Assembly (NCBI GenBank): GCA_963814365.1
Contig: CAWFCL010000004.1
Span: forward strand, 1,311,432-1,375,431
DNA length: 64,000 nt
Source of the DNA: an uncultured Actinomycetes bacterium
Lineage (GTDB): Bacteria > Actinomycetota > Thermoleophilia > RBG-16-64-13
Direction of reading: 5' to 3'
Shown here: positions 1-9,956 of the stretch, in pieces
Layout: each line of letters opens with the position of its first letter
Numbering within the stretch: the first letter of the stretch is position 1
The notes under the pieces: model-generated
The model's input: only the letters and a program-made list of their open reading frames with translations
Told to the model about the DNA's origin: nothing
The model's database searches: none
Program-made: the position numbers and the translations under genes

Positions 1-341
1 AGCCAGAGTCCCGGTGCGACAGGCGCCCAGTTGCCCAGCCAGACGATCGACCCCGCATTCCCGCGGACAGAGCTTGCAGCGACGTAATTGCTCCCAGGCC
101 TGCCTGGCCCGAGCCGCCAGGTCGCCGGTGCGGTGCATCGCTAGATATGAAGGCCACTCAGATCCACGTGCAGGCAATGTGCCGGACCACCTCGACCATC
201 TCGTTGAGCGCATAACAAAAGGGACAGCCTCGCAGCCGTCCCCCCGGCTCTCCCCAAAAGAGCCTCAACGCACTACATCATAGACCACCCGACGCGCCAT
301 GCGAAGTGTGTCATTCTTGATATAGCCGTGGAGGTGACACC

Positions 342-1268
342 ATGCACGCGAGAACCCTCGCTGTCTACAGCCTGGCCTGCATCGCGACCGCCTGCATCTT
401 GGCGCTCGCCGTATCAGTCCCGTCAGCCTGCTCGTCCTCCGAACCCTCCGGCAGCTCCGCTGCGACCCAGGCCCTGGGCACCACCACCTCGACCACCGCC
501 TCGACCACAACACCGGCTGCCGCCGCCTCGACCACACAGACCTCACACCTACCCTCACCGATCACCTTCACGGATGTATACGACAATCAGAGCGTGCAGT
601 CCGGACTCAAGGCCGACTGGGGCTTCTCCTGCCTGGTGCAAGGCTACGAACAGACCGTGCTGTTCGACACGGGAGCTGGCGGACGCCTACTGCTGACCAA
701 CCTTGATGCCCTGGGCATCCAGGTGCAAGAGATAGATGTAGTGGTGCTGTCACATCAACACAGCGACCATACCGCGGGACTGGCCTCACTGCTGGATCTG
801 AACCCAGACATCACCGTGTACTGCCCCGCCTCTTTCTCTGCCTCCTTCACCAGAGCGGCCGAGCGCCTGGGAGCCACCGTGGTGCGCGTGGACCATCCTT
901 TCTCGATCTGCCCTGGGGTCACAATGGCGTCGCCTTTGCCCGGTGGATCAGTCAAGGAACTTGGACTCCTGCTGGAGACAGCGGGCGGTCCGGTGCTCAT
1001 CACCGGATGCGCTCATCCAGGCATCGTACAGATGGTCGAGTCAGCCACCACTCTGGCCGGACGACCCCTAGTGGCAGTGCTGGGCGGTTTTCACCTCTAT
1101 CAGAAGTCCGGTAGAAGCGTGGATGCCGTCATAGCGCAACTGAAAGAGCTAGGCGTACGACAGTGCGGTCCTTCGCACTGTACCGGCGCCGGTGCTGTCG
1201 CGCGCTTCGCTGAGGCCTTTGGGTCCGACTTCATACGGATGGGCGTCGGAGCCGTAGTCCAGTTCTAG
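342..1268 (+). CDS. MBL-fold metallo-hydrolase, secreted/lipoprotein-like
   Basis: HxHxDH motif (LSHQHSDHTAG) in the translated ORF. N-terminal hydrophobic signal with Cys, followed by a Ser/Thr-rich linker. Confidence 0.7.
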   Translation: MHARTLAVYSLACIATACILALAVSVPSACSSSEPSGSSAATQALGTTTSTTASTTTPAAAASTTQTSHLPSPITFTDVYDNQSVQSGLKADWGFSCLVQGYEQTVLFDTGAGGRLLLTNLDALGIQVQEIDVVVLSHQHSDHTAGLASLLDLNPDITVYCPASFSASFTRAAERLGATVVRVDHPFSICPGVTMASPLPGGSVKELGLLLETAGGPVLITGCAHPGIVQMVESATTLAGRPLVAVLGGFHLYQKSGRSVDAVIAQLKELGVRQCGPSHCTGAGAVARFAEAFGSDFIRMGVGAVVQF

Positions 1269-1284
1269 CGGGCACTTGTAATAC

Positions 1285-1298
1285 GAACATTTGTTCAT
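1285..1298 (+). promoter_or_regulatory. Cheo/LexA-type SOS box 1 (CGAACATTTGTTCA) upstream of dnaE2
   Basis: GAAC-N4-GTTC palindrome 45 bp upstream of the dnaE2 start codon. DnaE2 is a canonical LexA-regulated gene. Confidence 0.45.
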
Positions 1299-1317
1299 AT
1301 ATACTCGCCGCCCTAAC

Positions 1318-1331
1318 GAACATACGTTCAC
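1318..1331 (+). promoter_or_regulatory. Cheo/LexA-type SOS box 2 (CGAACATACGTTCA)
   Basis: Second GAAC-N4-GTTC palindrome 12 bp upstream of the dnaE2 ATG. Two boxes in tandem. Confidence 0.45.
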
Positions 1332-1342
1332 ATGGCGCTACA

Positions 1343-4300
1343 ATGACAAACGACTTCGTGCACCTGCACGTACACTCGAACTTCTCGTTCTTGGACGGCG
1401 GCAGCCGCATCGAGGAACTGGCGGCGCGGGCAGCCTCCCTGGGCCAGATAGCCCTGGCCCTCACCGACCACGACGGTCTATACGGTGCGGTGCGCTTCGC
1501 TAAAGCCTGCGCCAAGCACGGTATCAAGCCCATCTTCGGCGCCGAATTGCGGGTGGAGTCGTTGACCGACGACGCACGGGGCACCACGCCCCGCGCCGCG
1601 CCCCGCACCGCGCCCCGCGCCGCGCCTTGGGAGACGCCAGGCGTGGCACCGCCCGGCGATGAGCCGCACCACCTGGTGCTACTGGCCGAGACACGCGAGG
1701 GCTACACCAACCTGTGCCAGCTAATCTCGGCCGCGCACTTGGCCGACCCCGAGCGGGAGAGGCCGCCCCTGGTCACCCTGGAATCGTTGCGCGCCCACGT
1801 AGCAGGGCTCATCTGCCTCACCGGATGCAGGCACGGTGAGGTCGGCTATCTGATCGATGCCGGCCGCGACCAAGACGCTCAGATCGCTCTCCAGACCCTG
1901 CGCGAGATCTTCGGTCCCGATCACCTCTATGTGGAACTCCAGTACTTCGGCTACCAACCGCACCAAGAGGCCTACGCCGGACAACACGGCGCCACCGTCT
2001 ACCGCAAGGAGCCGGCGCCGGGCGGTCGCCTACGCCACCGCCCCGCCGCCGCTCACCAATATTCGACCGAAGCCCCACCTTCTTCGATCAGGAGCCTACC
2101 GGACCGACCAGAGGCTCCACCTCCCCCACCGTCTCCACCTGAGCACCTTAGCTGCGTTTCTGATGACCAGTCTGCCACATTGCATCCGACGCGCTCTGCA
2201 ACTTTGGTTGCATCTTGGCGTGGGGGGACGAGGACGGGCTCGGCAACCATCGGAGCGCCTCTGCCGGCACGCGGCCGCACGCGGAGCGTCGCCGAGCCGG
2301 AGCGTCGCGACCTGCCGGCCGGGGCGCCACATCGCCTCAACCCTGCTGACTACGACGTGGGGTTTCACAAGGATGGACGACCGTGGCGCCTGTCGTGCCT
2401 GACCTACTGCGAGCGCCTCGCGCGGTTGGCCGAAGCCTCCGCGCTACCCGTTGTACTGACCACAAACGCCCACTATGCGGGCCCCGAAGGACGCGACCTG
2501 CACCTGGTGCTACGCGCCGCGGGGCACGATCAGCCGCTATCCGGCTATCCCGAAACAGTGGCGGGGCATCGCTGTCTGAAGTCGGGAGACGAGTTGGCTA
2601 CTTTCTCCTCCCCACTCTTGGAGCTGATCGAGGACGTGGACCCCTGGGACCGCATGCTGGATGACTACGACGACTGGGCTCCCTCTGACTACGGTAGTGT
2701 GCATACCTGTGCGTTTGCAATGAATCTTGCATCAACGTGTGAGAGAGGCTCGCCGCTGGCCGCCGCGACCGAGATCGCCGCCCGCTGCAACGTGGACCTC
2801 GAGTTGGGGGTGTACCACTTCCCTCAGGTGGAGGTGCCGGCGGGCGAGACCGCCTACTCCCTGCTGGCGCAGCGCTGCTTCCAGGGGGTGGCACAACGGT
2901 ACAAGCCTGTGTCGATGGAGGCGATGGCTCTGTTGGAGAAGGAGCTCCGCGTGATCCAGGAGATGGGATTCGCCCATTATTTCTTGGTGGTGCACGACAT
3001 CGTCAGATGGGCTCGGTCGCAGGGCATCGCCTGCTCGGGGCGAGGGTCGGCCGGCAACTCCATCGTGTGCCACGCGCTGGACATCACCGCTTCGGACCCC
3101 ATCCGCCACCATCTGCTGTTCGAGCGCTTTCTCAACCCCAACCGCCGCGAGATGCCCGATATCGACGTGGACTTCTGCTCCGAGCGCCGGGACGAGGTGA
3201 TCGAATACATCTACAAGACTTTTGGAGAAGAGAACGTAGCCATAGTGGCCAACGTCAACACGGCCAGTCCGCGTTCGGCGGTGCGCATCGTGGCCGAGGC
3301 CCTGGGGTTCGCGCCGGCGGAGATCAACGCCCTGGCCAAGCACGTGCCCCGGCACGGGGACGCCGCGCGGCTCAGGGAGTATCTGGCCGGAGGGTGGCCC
3401 GAGCTCGCCGACTCGCCGCTGCAGGACTGCGCCCCCGCGGAGCCCGCGACGCCGGGTGGGGCGCCCGGGCGCCCGGCGGGCCGGTACGCCCGGCTGGTGG
3501 ATCTGGCCGAGCGGCTGGACGGCTTCCCGCTCCACCTGGGGACGCATCTGGGCGGGTTCGTCATCGCCGATAAGCCCATCACCCACTACGCCCCGCTGCA
3601 GTGGGCGGCGAAGCGCTTAGCGCAGCGCGACGCGCCGCCGGGGGGCGCGGCGCCGGGCGGCGCCCGCCACGCCGTGGTGCTGCAGTTCAACAAGGACGAC
3701 GTGGCCGCGCTGGGGCTGGTCAAGATGGACATCCTGGGGCTCCGCACCCACTCGGCCGTCTCGGAGTGCGTCCACCTGATCCGGCAGCGCACGGGGCGCC
3801 GCATAAGTCCGTACGAACTGCCGCCCGACGACCCCGCCGCTTACGAGATCATCAGCAACGGGGGCTCCATCGGGCTCTTTCAGTTGGAGTCGGCCGGGCA
3901 GCGCAACCTGGCCTCGCGCCTCAAGGAGCGGGACTTCGACGACGTCATCGCCGCCATCGCGCTGTATCGTCCGGGTCCGCTGGAGGCCGAGATGATCACC
4001 CCCTTCATCGATCGCCGCTGGGGGCTCGAGCCGGTGGACCTCCCCCACCCCTCCATGGCCGAGGCAGTGGCCGACACCTACGGGGTTATCCTCTACCAGG
4101 AGCAGGTGCTGCGCATCGCCCAGTCGGTGGCGGGGTTCGACCTGGCCGACGCCGACAGCCTCCGCCGAGCCATGACCCGCGACCGCAGCCGTGAAGACAT
4201 GGCCAAGATCGGCGAGACCTTCGTCAGCCGGGCCGTCGAGCGCGGAGTGCCGGAGGAGGCGGCCCGTGAGGTCTTCCGCCAGTTGCAGGGCTTCGCCGCC

Positions 4301-5758
4301 TATGGGTTCAACAAGAGCCACTCGGTGTGCTTCGCGGTTATCAGCTACGCCACGGCCTGGCTCAAGGCCCACTACCCGGCGGAGTTCCTCTGCGCCGTCC
4401 TGAACAACCAGCCCATGGGCTTCTACACCCCCCGCACGGTGCTGAACGACGCCCGCCGCTTCGGGCTGGAGGTGCGGCCGCTGGATGTGAACCTGTCGGG
4501 ACGAGGTTTTGTAGTGGAGGACCTTGTGGCACCGGACCCCTGGGGTGTGGGAGACCCCTCGGCTTGTCGTGCGCAGCACTCTGGGGCGACACACACCTGC
4601 GGGGCGGGGACGCCCTACGACCCCTTCGCCCAGGCCTGGACCGCCGAGCATGGATGGGGGCTGACTGAGGTCGACCTGACGGCGCTGGCCACCGAGCAGG
4701 TGGGGGCAAATCCTGGTGATGTTTTGACCGGACGCGCGGGACCGCCGGTCGCGAGTCTGACGCCTGCCGGTGAGCCACGCTTGGGCGGCGGACCTTACGG
4801 TCACACACCCCGGGCGGGGGGCGAAGCGCCCCCAGATGACGAGGCGCACCCCCTACCCCGTGCGCCGCGCGCTCGCGGCGGCGTCGCGCCTGACGCTTGC
4901 CTCGCCCCCAGTTGCGGCATAGCCCCCGACGCGGGCCGGGCACTGCGCGTGGGCTTCAGCTATCTCAAGCAGATGAGTGAGCGAGCGCTTGCCCGCATCG
5001 AAGAGGAGCGCCAGCACGGACCCTTCAGCAGCTTCGAGGACTTCTACCTGCGCACTCGCGTGGAGCAGCCCGTGGCCGAGAACCTCATAAGGGTGGGCGC
5101 CTTCGACTCGCTGGAGCCAGACCGCACCGAACTGTTGTGGAGGCTGCCCGTGCTGCACGATCGTCTGGAGGCGCTGGCCGGGTCTTCCGGACAGAGGCGC
5201 GGCCAACTTCGGGCCTTCTTCAGCCCGCCGAGCCGCGCGGGACTGGAGCGCGAGTGGACGCGCGAGGACAAGGTGCGGGCCGAGCTCGACCTGTTGGGGC
5301 TCAGCGTGAGCTGCCATCCCCTGCAGCTCTACGAGGCGGAGCTGCGCCGCATGGGTGTAGTGATGAGCTACGAGTTGCCCGAGCTGGGCGACGAGGTGCG
5401 AGTGATGGTGGCCGGCGTCTACGAGCGTGCCCAGAACCCCTGGATGCGCTCGGGCAAGCGCACCATGTTCCTCACCCTGGAGGATGCCTATGGCCTCTTC
5501 GAGTGCGTGTGCTTTGAGAGCAAGCTGGCCCAGATCGCCCCCGTCGTGGCAAGGGCTAGCTACTTCTTAGTGCGTGGCCGATTGCAGAACAACCACAGGC
5601 GCGGGCTGGCTATCGTGGCTGAGGAGGTGCGGGATCTGGAGGAGGTGATGGCGGCTCCCGAGAGACACTCCCGACAAGACCGCACGCCAGGGAGAAACGG
5701 GATAGGGTCTGCTACTAGCTTCCCAGCCTGCCTCGGATGTTCTCGATTTCCTCCTTGA
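1343..5758 (+). CDS. dnaE2: Error-prone DNA polymerase III alpha-like DnaE2 (ImuC), unusually long at 1471 aa
   Basis: N-terminal PHP domain (HLHVHSNFSFLDG ... LTDHDGLYGAVRF). Polymerase core motifs (GRGSAGNSIVCHAL ... MPDIDVDF) and a C-terminal OB region. Low-complexity Pro/Ala/Arg-rich insertions account for about 400 extra residues. Confidence 0.85.
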   Translation: MTNDFVHLHVHSNFSFLDGGSRIEELAARAASLGQIALALTDHDGLYGAVRFAKACAKHGIKPIFGAELRVESLTDDARGTTPRAAPRTAPRAAPWETPGVAPPGDEPHHLVLLAETREGYTNLCQLISAAHLADPERERPPLVTLESLRAHVAGLICLTGCRHGEVGYLIDAGRDQDAQIALQTLREIFGPDHLYVELQYFGYQPHQEAYAGQHGATVYRKEPAPGGRLRHRPAAAHQYSTEAPPSSIRSLPDRPEAPPPPPSPPEHLSCVSDDQSATLHPTRSATLVASWRGGTRTGSATIGAPLPARGRTRSVAEPERRDLPAGAPHRLNPADYDVGFHKDGRPWRLSCLTYCERLARLAEASALPVVLTTNAHYAGPEGRDLHLVLRAAGHDQPLSGYPETVAGHRCLKSGDELATFSSPLLELIEDVDPWDRMLDDYDDWAPSDYGSVHTCAFAMNLASTCERGSPLAAATEIAARCNVDLELGVYHFPQVEVPAGETAYSLLAQRCFQGVAQRYKPVSMEAMALLEKELRVIQEMGFAHYFLVVHDIVRWARSQGIACSGRGSAGNSIVCHALDITASDPIRHHLLFERFLNPNRREMPDIDVDFCSERRDEVIEYIYKTFGEENVAIVANVNTASPRSAVRIVAEALGFAPAEINALAKHVPRHGDAARLREYLAGGWPELADSPLQDCAPAEPATPGGAPGRPAGRYARLVDLAERLDGFPLHLGTHLGGFVIADKPITHYAPLQWAAKRLAQRDAPPGGAAPGGARHAVVLQFNKDDVAALGLVKMDILGLRTHSAVSECVHLIRQRTGRRISPYELPPDDPAAYEIISNGGSIGLFQLESAGQRNLASRLKERDFDDVIAAIALYRPGPLEAEMITPFIDRRWGLEPVDLPHPSMAEAVADTYGVILYQEQVLRIAQSVAGFDLADADSLRRAMTRDRSREDMAKIGETFVSRAVERGVPEEAAREVFRQLQGFAAYGFNKSHSVCFAVISYATAWLKAHYPAEFLCAVLNNQPMGFYTPRTVLNDARRFGLEVRPLDVNLSGRGFVVEDLVAPDPWGVGDPSACRAQHSGATHTCGAGTPYDPFAQAWTAEHGWGLTEVDLTALATEQVGANPGDVLTGRAGPPVASLTPAGEPRLGGGPYGHTPRAGGEAPPDDEAHPLPRAPRARGGVAPDACLAPSCGIAPDAGRALRVGFSYLKQMSERALARIEEERQHGPFSSFEDFYLRTRVEQPVAENLIRVGAFDSLEPDRTELLWRLPVLHDRLEALAGSSGQRRGQLRAFFSPPSRAGLEREWTREDKVRAELDLLGLSVSCHPLQLYEAELRRMGVVMSYELPELGDEVRVMVAGVYERAQNPWMRSGKRTMFLTLEDAYGLFECVCFESKLAQIAPVVARASYFLVRGRLQNNHRRGLAIVAEEVRDLEEVMAAPERHSRQDRTPGRNGIGSATSFPACLGCSRFPP

Positions 5759-8108
5759 GACCCTTCGATACAGCAGGCCAGTCAAAGATGTCAGGTTTCT
5801 GCGCACCTACGACCCATTGCTCATCCAAATACGCAACGAAGACTGATGCTCGCTTCAGCCGATCTCGGATGCTCTCCACATCTTCAATCTGGCTCCGATA
5901 CTGAGCGTCGAGAATGGGGGTGTTCACAACCATGGAGTCTACGTAGGTGAATTGCCTCACGAGCGGTCCGAAGTGATATGCCCCCACAGTCGTTACACGT
6001 ATCGCGGGTACATCGTATTCGAGACTAGCGATTCTGGGCTGCAACAGATTCTTCTCAATGGCACGATCGAGACAGGAGTTGATCTGATCCGACCGGAACC
6101 CTCGTCGCTGAAGAACGTCAGCAACAACTTCAATGGCGACAAATCCTCCATCTCCTGCACTTTCGCTTAGAGACACCATCGCGCCAAGAAGAATCGGGAG
6201 CAGGAAGTGTTCTTGAGCATCGACGAATACGAGGTCAAAGAGATTCGCCACCAGAGACCTGGATGGGTCATAGTGCTTCGCATCACCGTAGATAATCGCG
6301 CGTATGAACTGATGTATGGGAACCGTGTAGCTACCAGCTTTCTGCAGCCTGGCAATCTCAGGAGTATCAACGTGTCCACTTCCGAGGAAGCCCGCGACCA
6401 AGTCCAAACCCCTTCTCGCATTCCCTCCCGAGATATTGTCGATTGCCTCAACCAGCCTGGCATTCCGGTCCAAAGAAGACCGAAAAGCGTCCAAGACAGC
6501 CAACAAATCCTCCGAGCTGATGGTGACCGCGTTCGCCAGGGCGGGGATTCCAACTTCACCCCGTGCAATCTTGACTGCATAGTCAAGCCTTCGCTTGACT
6601 ACCAGGTCTATGCGAGGTGGTGCAATCGTGAAAGCCTTTGGGTGATAGCCGGAGAGCGATCCTCTTTGAGTCGAATCAAAGAAAGTCTGCGGTCGAAGGG
6701 CAACATAGACTAGAACATGCCAATTCACAGCCATCTCGTTGGCGATGAGGAAGGCTGCCTGTTGGTCATCGTATGATCGCTGGTCTGCGTTGTCCAGGAA
6801 ACAGATGACCTGCTGCTTGCGACCCCGAGCCAGGTGCTCCAGAGCAGCCTTGAGGTGAGCATCCGGCCTGGAGATAAGCTGCTCAAGGAACGCGAGCTCG
6901 CGCTTGGTGAATTCCTGGGGGTCTTCCTCCACAAGCCGGCCGTATATGCCAACCCTGAACGACTCGAGTTCTCTGTGGTAGATGCCTCTGACGATGTTGT
7001 CCGCGCGGATGTCAAAGCCATGGTTCTCCCGCAACTGCCTCTCAATGTCTTCGACCACGAATTGTTTGAGGTCGTCACCGAGAGTCGCGCGAGACCCAAG
7101 ATCTATGTAGATAGCAACAGCGTCCTCAAGAATCTCCTTCCCCTCGACCTTGATTAGATTTCGAATGAAGCTGGTCTTCCCCGCACCAACGTCCCCCATG
7201 AGTATGATGGGCCTCTTGGAAAGACCTTCCGCGAGCAAATCATCGCTTACCCCGCGCTTGTCTGCAGCTGGAACCATCGTTGGCTTCTCGACATTGGCGC
7301 CGAAGAGAGCAGCGTAGCGTGCCCTGAGAATGTTCTTACTGACCAGGGCATCCTGAGAGAGGGCGCCACTGGGCGCATAGCACTCTCTTAGGAACTCTTC
7401 CTCCTTCTCTTCCCCAAGTGGCAAATCTTGCAGAACCAATTCGCTCATTATTTGAAGACCGGTCTGAAACTTGTTCCGGTCCTTGTAGCCCGGGTAAGAC
7501 GGAATCTGCGAGCTAAGTCGGGGAGGCAGGACCTCTCCAAGCTCGTGCGTCAACTCTCTTACTACCCGTCCGGCGACAACGCCAGGTCTTGAGAGAAATC
7601 CCCAGAGATCCGAGAACCCCTCAACCATATCCCTCAGGGAGTCAAACACGAACGCGTCACCATCCAAGGGAGGTACGCCGTCGCCACGGACAGCCACAAA
7701 TGAGATTAGCTGCCACCCGTTGCAGACGCACGCAAGCTGCACTCCGCGCTTGTGACAGTATTCCGCTACCTGCGTCACCGCAGCGCCTATCTGGTGGTTA
7801 TCACGCGTAATCGAAACAAGGTTGACCCTTCGCTGAAGTCCTGGAGGCAATTCGAAGTACACCCCTTCTCGCTTCGCTTCCACGACGAGAGAGGGCCTCG
7901 ACACGCTTAGCAGGTAGTCCGCATATCCACCTCCTTCAGCGTGTTCACATGAAATGTCCGACGCTTCCCACCCGAGACAGTCTTTCAGCAACACGTCAAC
8001 GAGATGCAACCGCGTGGTAGCCTCGTTCCTAGCACCTTCCGCTGTCTCATTGGCTTCTTGAAGAGCCTTGAGAGCACTGAAACTTCGGGTGTAGATATCA
8101 GCAGTCAT
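5715..8108 (-). CDS. Fused PD-(D/E)xK nuclease (HsdR-N-like) and P-loop NTPase protein; candidate defence ATPase-nuclease
   Basis: N-terminus matches the HSDR_N-type nuclease pattern (ETAEGARNEATTRLHLVDVLL..LGW ... YADYLL ... LVVEAKRE). Central Walker A (LMGDVGAGKTSF) and Walker B-like (VICFLDNAD). ATG at 8108 is preceded by an AAGGGGG SD-like run. The ORF track extends to 8189 using an upstream start. Confidence 0.55.
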   Translation of the reverse strand: MTADIYTRSFSALKALQEANETAEGARNEATTRLHLVDVLLKDCLGWEASDISCEHAEGGGYADYLLSVSRPSLVVEAKREGVYFELPPGLQRRVNLVSITRDNHQIGAAVTQVAEYCHKRGVQLACVCNGWQLISFVAVRGDGVPPLDGDAFVFDSLRDMVEGFSDLWGFLSRPGVVAGRVVRELTHELGEVLPPRLSSQIPSYPGYKDRNKFQTGLQIMSELVLQDLPLGEEKEEEFLRECYAPSGALSQDALVSKNILRARYAALFGANVEKPTMVPAADKRGVSDDLLAEGLSKRPIILMGDVGAGKTSFIRNLIKVEGKEILEDAVAIYIDLGSRATLGDDLKQFVVEDIERQLRENHGFDIRADNIVRGIYHRELESFRVGIYGRLVEEDPQEFTKRELAFLEQLISRPDAHLKAALEHLARGRKQQVICFLDNADQRSYDDQQAAFLIANEMAVNWHVLVYVALRPQTFFDSTQRGSLSGYHPKAFTIAPPRIDLVVKRRLDYAVKIARGEVGIPALANAVTISSEDLLAVLDAFRSSLDRNARLVEAIDNISGGNARRGLDLVAGFLGSGHVDTPEIARLQKAGSYTVPIHQFIRAIIYGDAKHYDPSRSLVANLFDLVFVDAQEHFLLPILLGAMVSLSESAGDGGFVAIEVVADVLQRRGFRSDQINSCLDRAIEKNLLQPRIASLEYDVPAIRVTTVGAYHFGPLVRQFTYVDSMVVNTPILDAQYRSQIEDVESIRDRLKRASVFVAYLDEQWVVGAQKPDIFDWPAVSKGLKEEIENIRGRLGS

Positions 8109-8131
8109 CGCCCGTCTTTCCCCCCTTGATG

Positions 8132-9064
8132 TCAGCCTCGAAATACGGCATCCCAGTGCCACTCCAACAATTCCCGGTTGGGCCGCCAAAGCTCCGAATC
8201 CGGAACTGAGATCCTCTGGCGGTCCAGCCCGTAGTAGCTATGGCCATTCTTGAAGTCCTGGCGAAGGCTTTCGCCCACACGGAAGACGTAGTCCGGCGTG
8301 ACCGTCACGTACCCTCGTTCATACAAGCGGTGCACGTCGCTACGCAATAGCAGCCCGTTGTCGACGCGGTGTTCGCCGCCTTGACCGTAGGGTTGGATGT
8401 GGGCAGCCTCCAGAACGGGTAGCGAGTGTTCACCGGTTACCGCGCAGGCCCCGTGGTACGCATCGCGCACAGCCAAAGAGAACAGACCCTGCCCAAGACG
8501 CGGGTGCACCTCAACTGCGGCACCATAGCGAGCAACGTTCTCCGCCACTAGCGCCGGGTCTCCGTCGATGTTCCAGTAGTGCAGACCACCCGTGGCACGC
8601 TCCATGCACTCTCGCAACACGCGGTCGCCTTCGCCCGAGGTCATGTCATAGAGCTTCCCGACCTGTATACCTGTTGGAGCCCAGTCGCGTGGCGGATTCA
8701 CCCATTCGTCGGGCACGAAGAAGACAGGTGCGGCAATCATTATGCAGCCGATGGAAAACTCACCAGAGGCCGGAGTCCGCTCTCTGCGGAGTCGTGCTAG
8801 ACGATCAATCATTGCCTCGTAAGTCGGAGCTCCGTTCGCATCGCCAAAGCAGTCCCATGCATAGCGAGCAGACATGGATTCGTAGCGCTGGAAGAACCCG
8901 AAGCCTGCAACCTGTCTGGCAGGTGCTCGAAGCTTGAAGAAGAACGGCTCGCCCGGCGCCAATGCGCGGAACGCGCGGTCGCCATGAGGCTGCCAGAAGT
9001 TGACCTCGTCGAGCTGTGGGCGGCCCGACAGATACCGATACCAGTCTGGGTCAGTAAGCGCCAT
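8132..9064 (-). CDS. HNH_2-family endonuclease with N-terminal PUA-like (EVE/ASCH-like) domain; type IV-restriction-like
   Basis: C-terminal HNH_2 signature (CAVTGEHSLPVLEAAHIQPY ... NGLLLRSDVHRLYERGYVTV). N-terminal roughly 200 aa with an FWQP ... FFFKL ... VAGFGFF beta-rich pattern. Lies immediately downstream of, and co-oriented with, the NTPase-nuclease gene. Confidence 0.65.
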   Translation of the reverse strand: MALTDPDWYRYLSGRPQLDEVNFWQPHGDRAFRALAPGEPFFFKLRAPARQVAGFGFFQRYESMSARYAWDCFGDANGAPTYEAMIDRLARLRRERTPASGEFSIGCIMIAAPVFFVPDEWVNPPRDWAPTGIQVGKLYDMTSGEGDRVLRECMERATGGLHYWNIDGDPALVAENVARYGAAVEVHPRLGQGLFSLAVRDAYHGACAVTGEHSLPVLEAAHIQPYGQGGEHRVDNGLLLRSDVHRLYERGYVTVTPDYVFRVGESLRQDFKNGHSYYGLDRQRISVPDSELWRPNRELLEWHWDAVFRG

Positions 9065-9105
9065 GTAGCCGTTGGATGCCAACAAACCTCCCGCTCAAGG
9101 ACCAC

Positions 9106-9891
9106 CTAGTCCTTCAACAACACCAATCCCCGGGGTTCCAGCATTGGGAAGAACTCTGGGCCCTTGGTCTTGGGCAAGGCTGAAATCCCCACGGGCGGAC
9201 GAGCGAACTGCCCTGCAAACTTCGCGAGAGAGGCTCGGTCCAGAAATACGGCAATGATGTGTGCGCAAGTGAGAAGAGTGTTCTGGCCTCCGGTACCATC
9301 CTTGATGTTGTGCCCCAGTCCGTCGTACTTGACGCTCTCGTTCAGCGAAAGTGCGACTACCATGTGGAGCCAAACGTCTGCCGGTATTCCGTGGATGTCC
9401 GGGATGCGTTCCAGGATAGTCTCCATGACCCTCTCAGGCGGAGACCAACGTAGCGCCCCTCGCTCATTTCTCCGGTAATCCTGCATCAAGGCAGCTCTGA
9501 AGAACAGGCACCCGACGAGTTCGAGAGCGAGTTCGTCGGCACGGCCTGTGCCTTGGAGATCTTCGAAGACATCTTCGAAAGTCGCTAGGTAGGGATACGG
9601 GGAACCGTCTAGCATCACCCGAGGGGTCATGTCGTCAGGGTTGTTGGTGGGTGTTCCGTCTTTGTGGCGACAGCCCTTGTAGGTATAGGGCGACTCCTTA
9701 CCTGGCTTGCAGAGGGCCACGCTATAACTGCCCGACTCGTACACAACGTGGGGAATCTGCTGCTCTGGGGACTGACCTTTGGGCCATTCCCGTGCCTCCA
9801 CAACAGCCTGAACCCTGAGAACGTACGCATCGTTGGTCAACGAGCCTTGCGGCAGTGCCAACTCAGGAAACTCGACATCGTGATCGGTCAT
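9106..9891 (-). CDS. Hypothetical protein; positional candidate for the restriction endonuclease of the adjacent Dcm/Vsr module
   Basis: 261-aa ORF co-oriented with and directly downstream of vsr. No recognisable motifs beyond acidic patches. Confidence 0.35.
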   Translation of the reverse strand: MTDHDVEFPELALPQGSLTNDAYVLRVQAVVEAREWPKGQSPEQQIPHVVYESGSYSVALCKPGKESPYTYKGCRHKDGTPTNNPDDMTPRVMLDGSPYPYLATFEDVFEDLQGTGRADELALELVGCLFFRAALMQDYRRNERGALRWSPPERVMETILERIPDIHGIPADVWLHMVVALSLNESVKYDGLGHNIKDGTGGQNTLLTCAHIIAVFLDRASLAKFAGQFARPPVGISALPKTKGPEFFPMLEPRGLVLLKD

Positions 9892-9956
9892 TCGGCCCTC
9901 CCCTGTGCACAGACAACTGCTCCAGGATAGGACTTTCTGCGTATTGATGCGAGAGC

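Noticed and set aside
2732-4943. Long antisense ORFs inside dnaE2 (284 aa, 410 aa, 193 aa) and similar ones inside other large genes
   Set aside because: They are Arg/Pro/Gly-rich low-complexity translations typical of stop-poor high-GC DNA. They have no motifs and are fully nested in a well-supported gene.
1343-5758. Inteins inside dnaE2
   Set aside because: Inserts are low-complexity Pro/Ala/Arg tracts without Cys/Ser-start or HN-end splicing blocks or endonuclease motifs.
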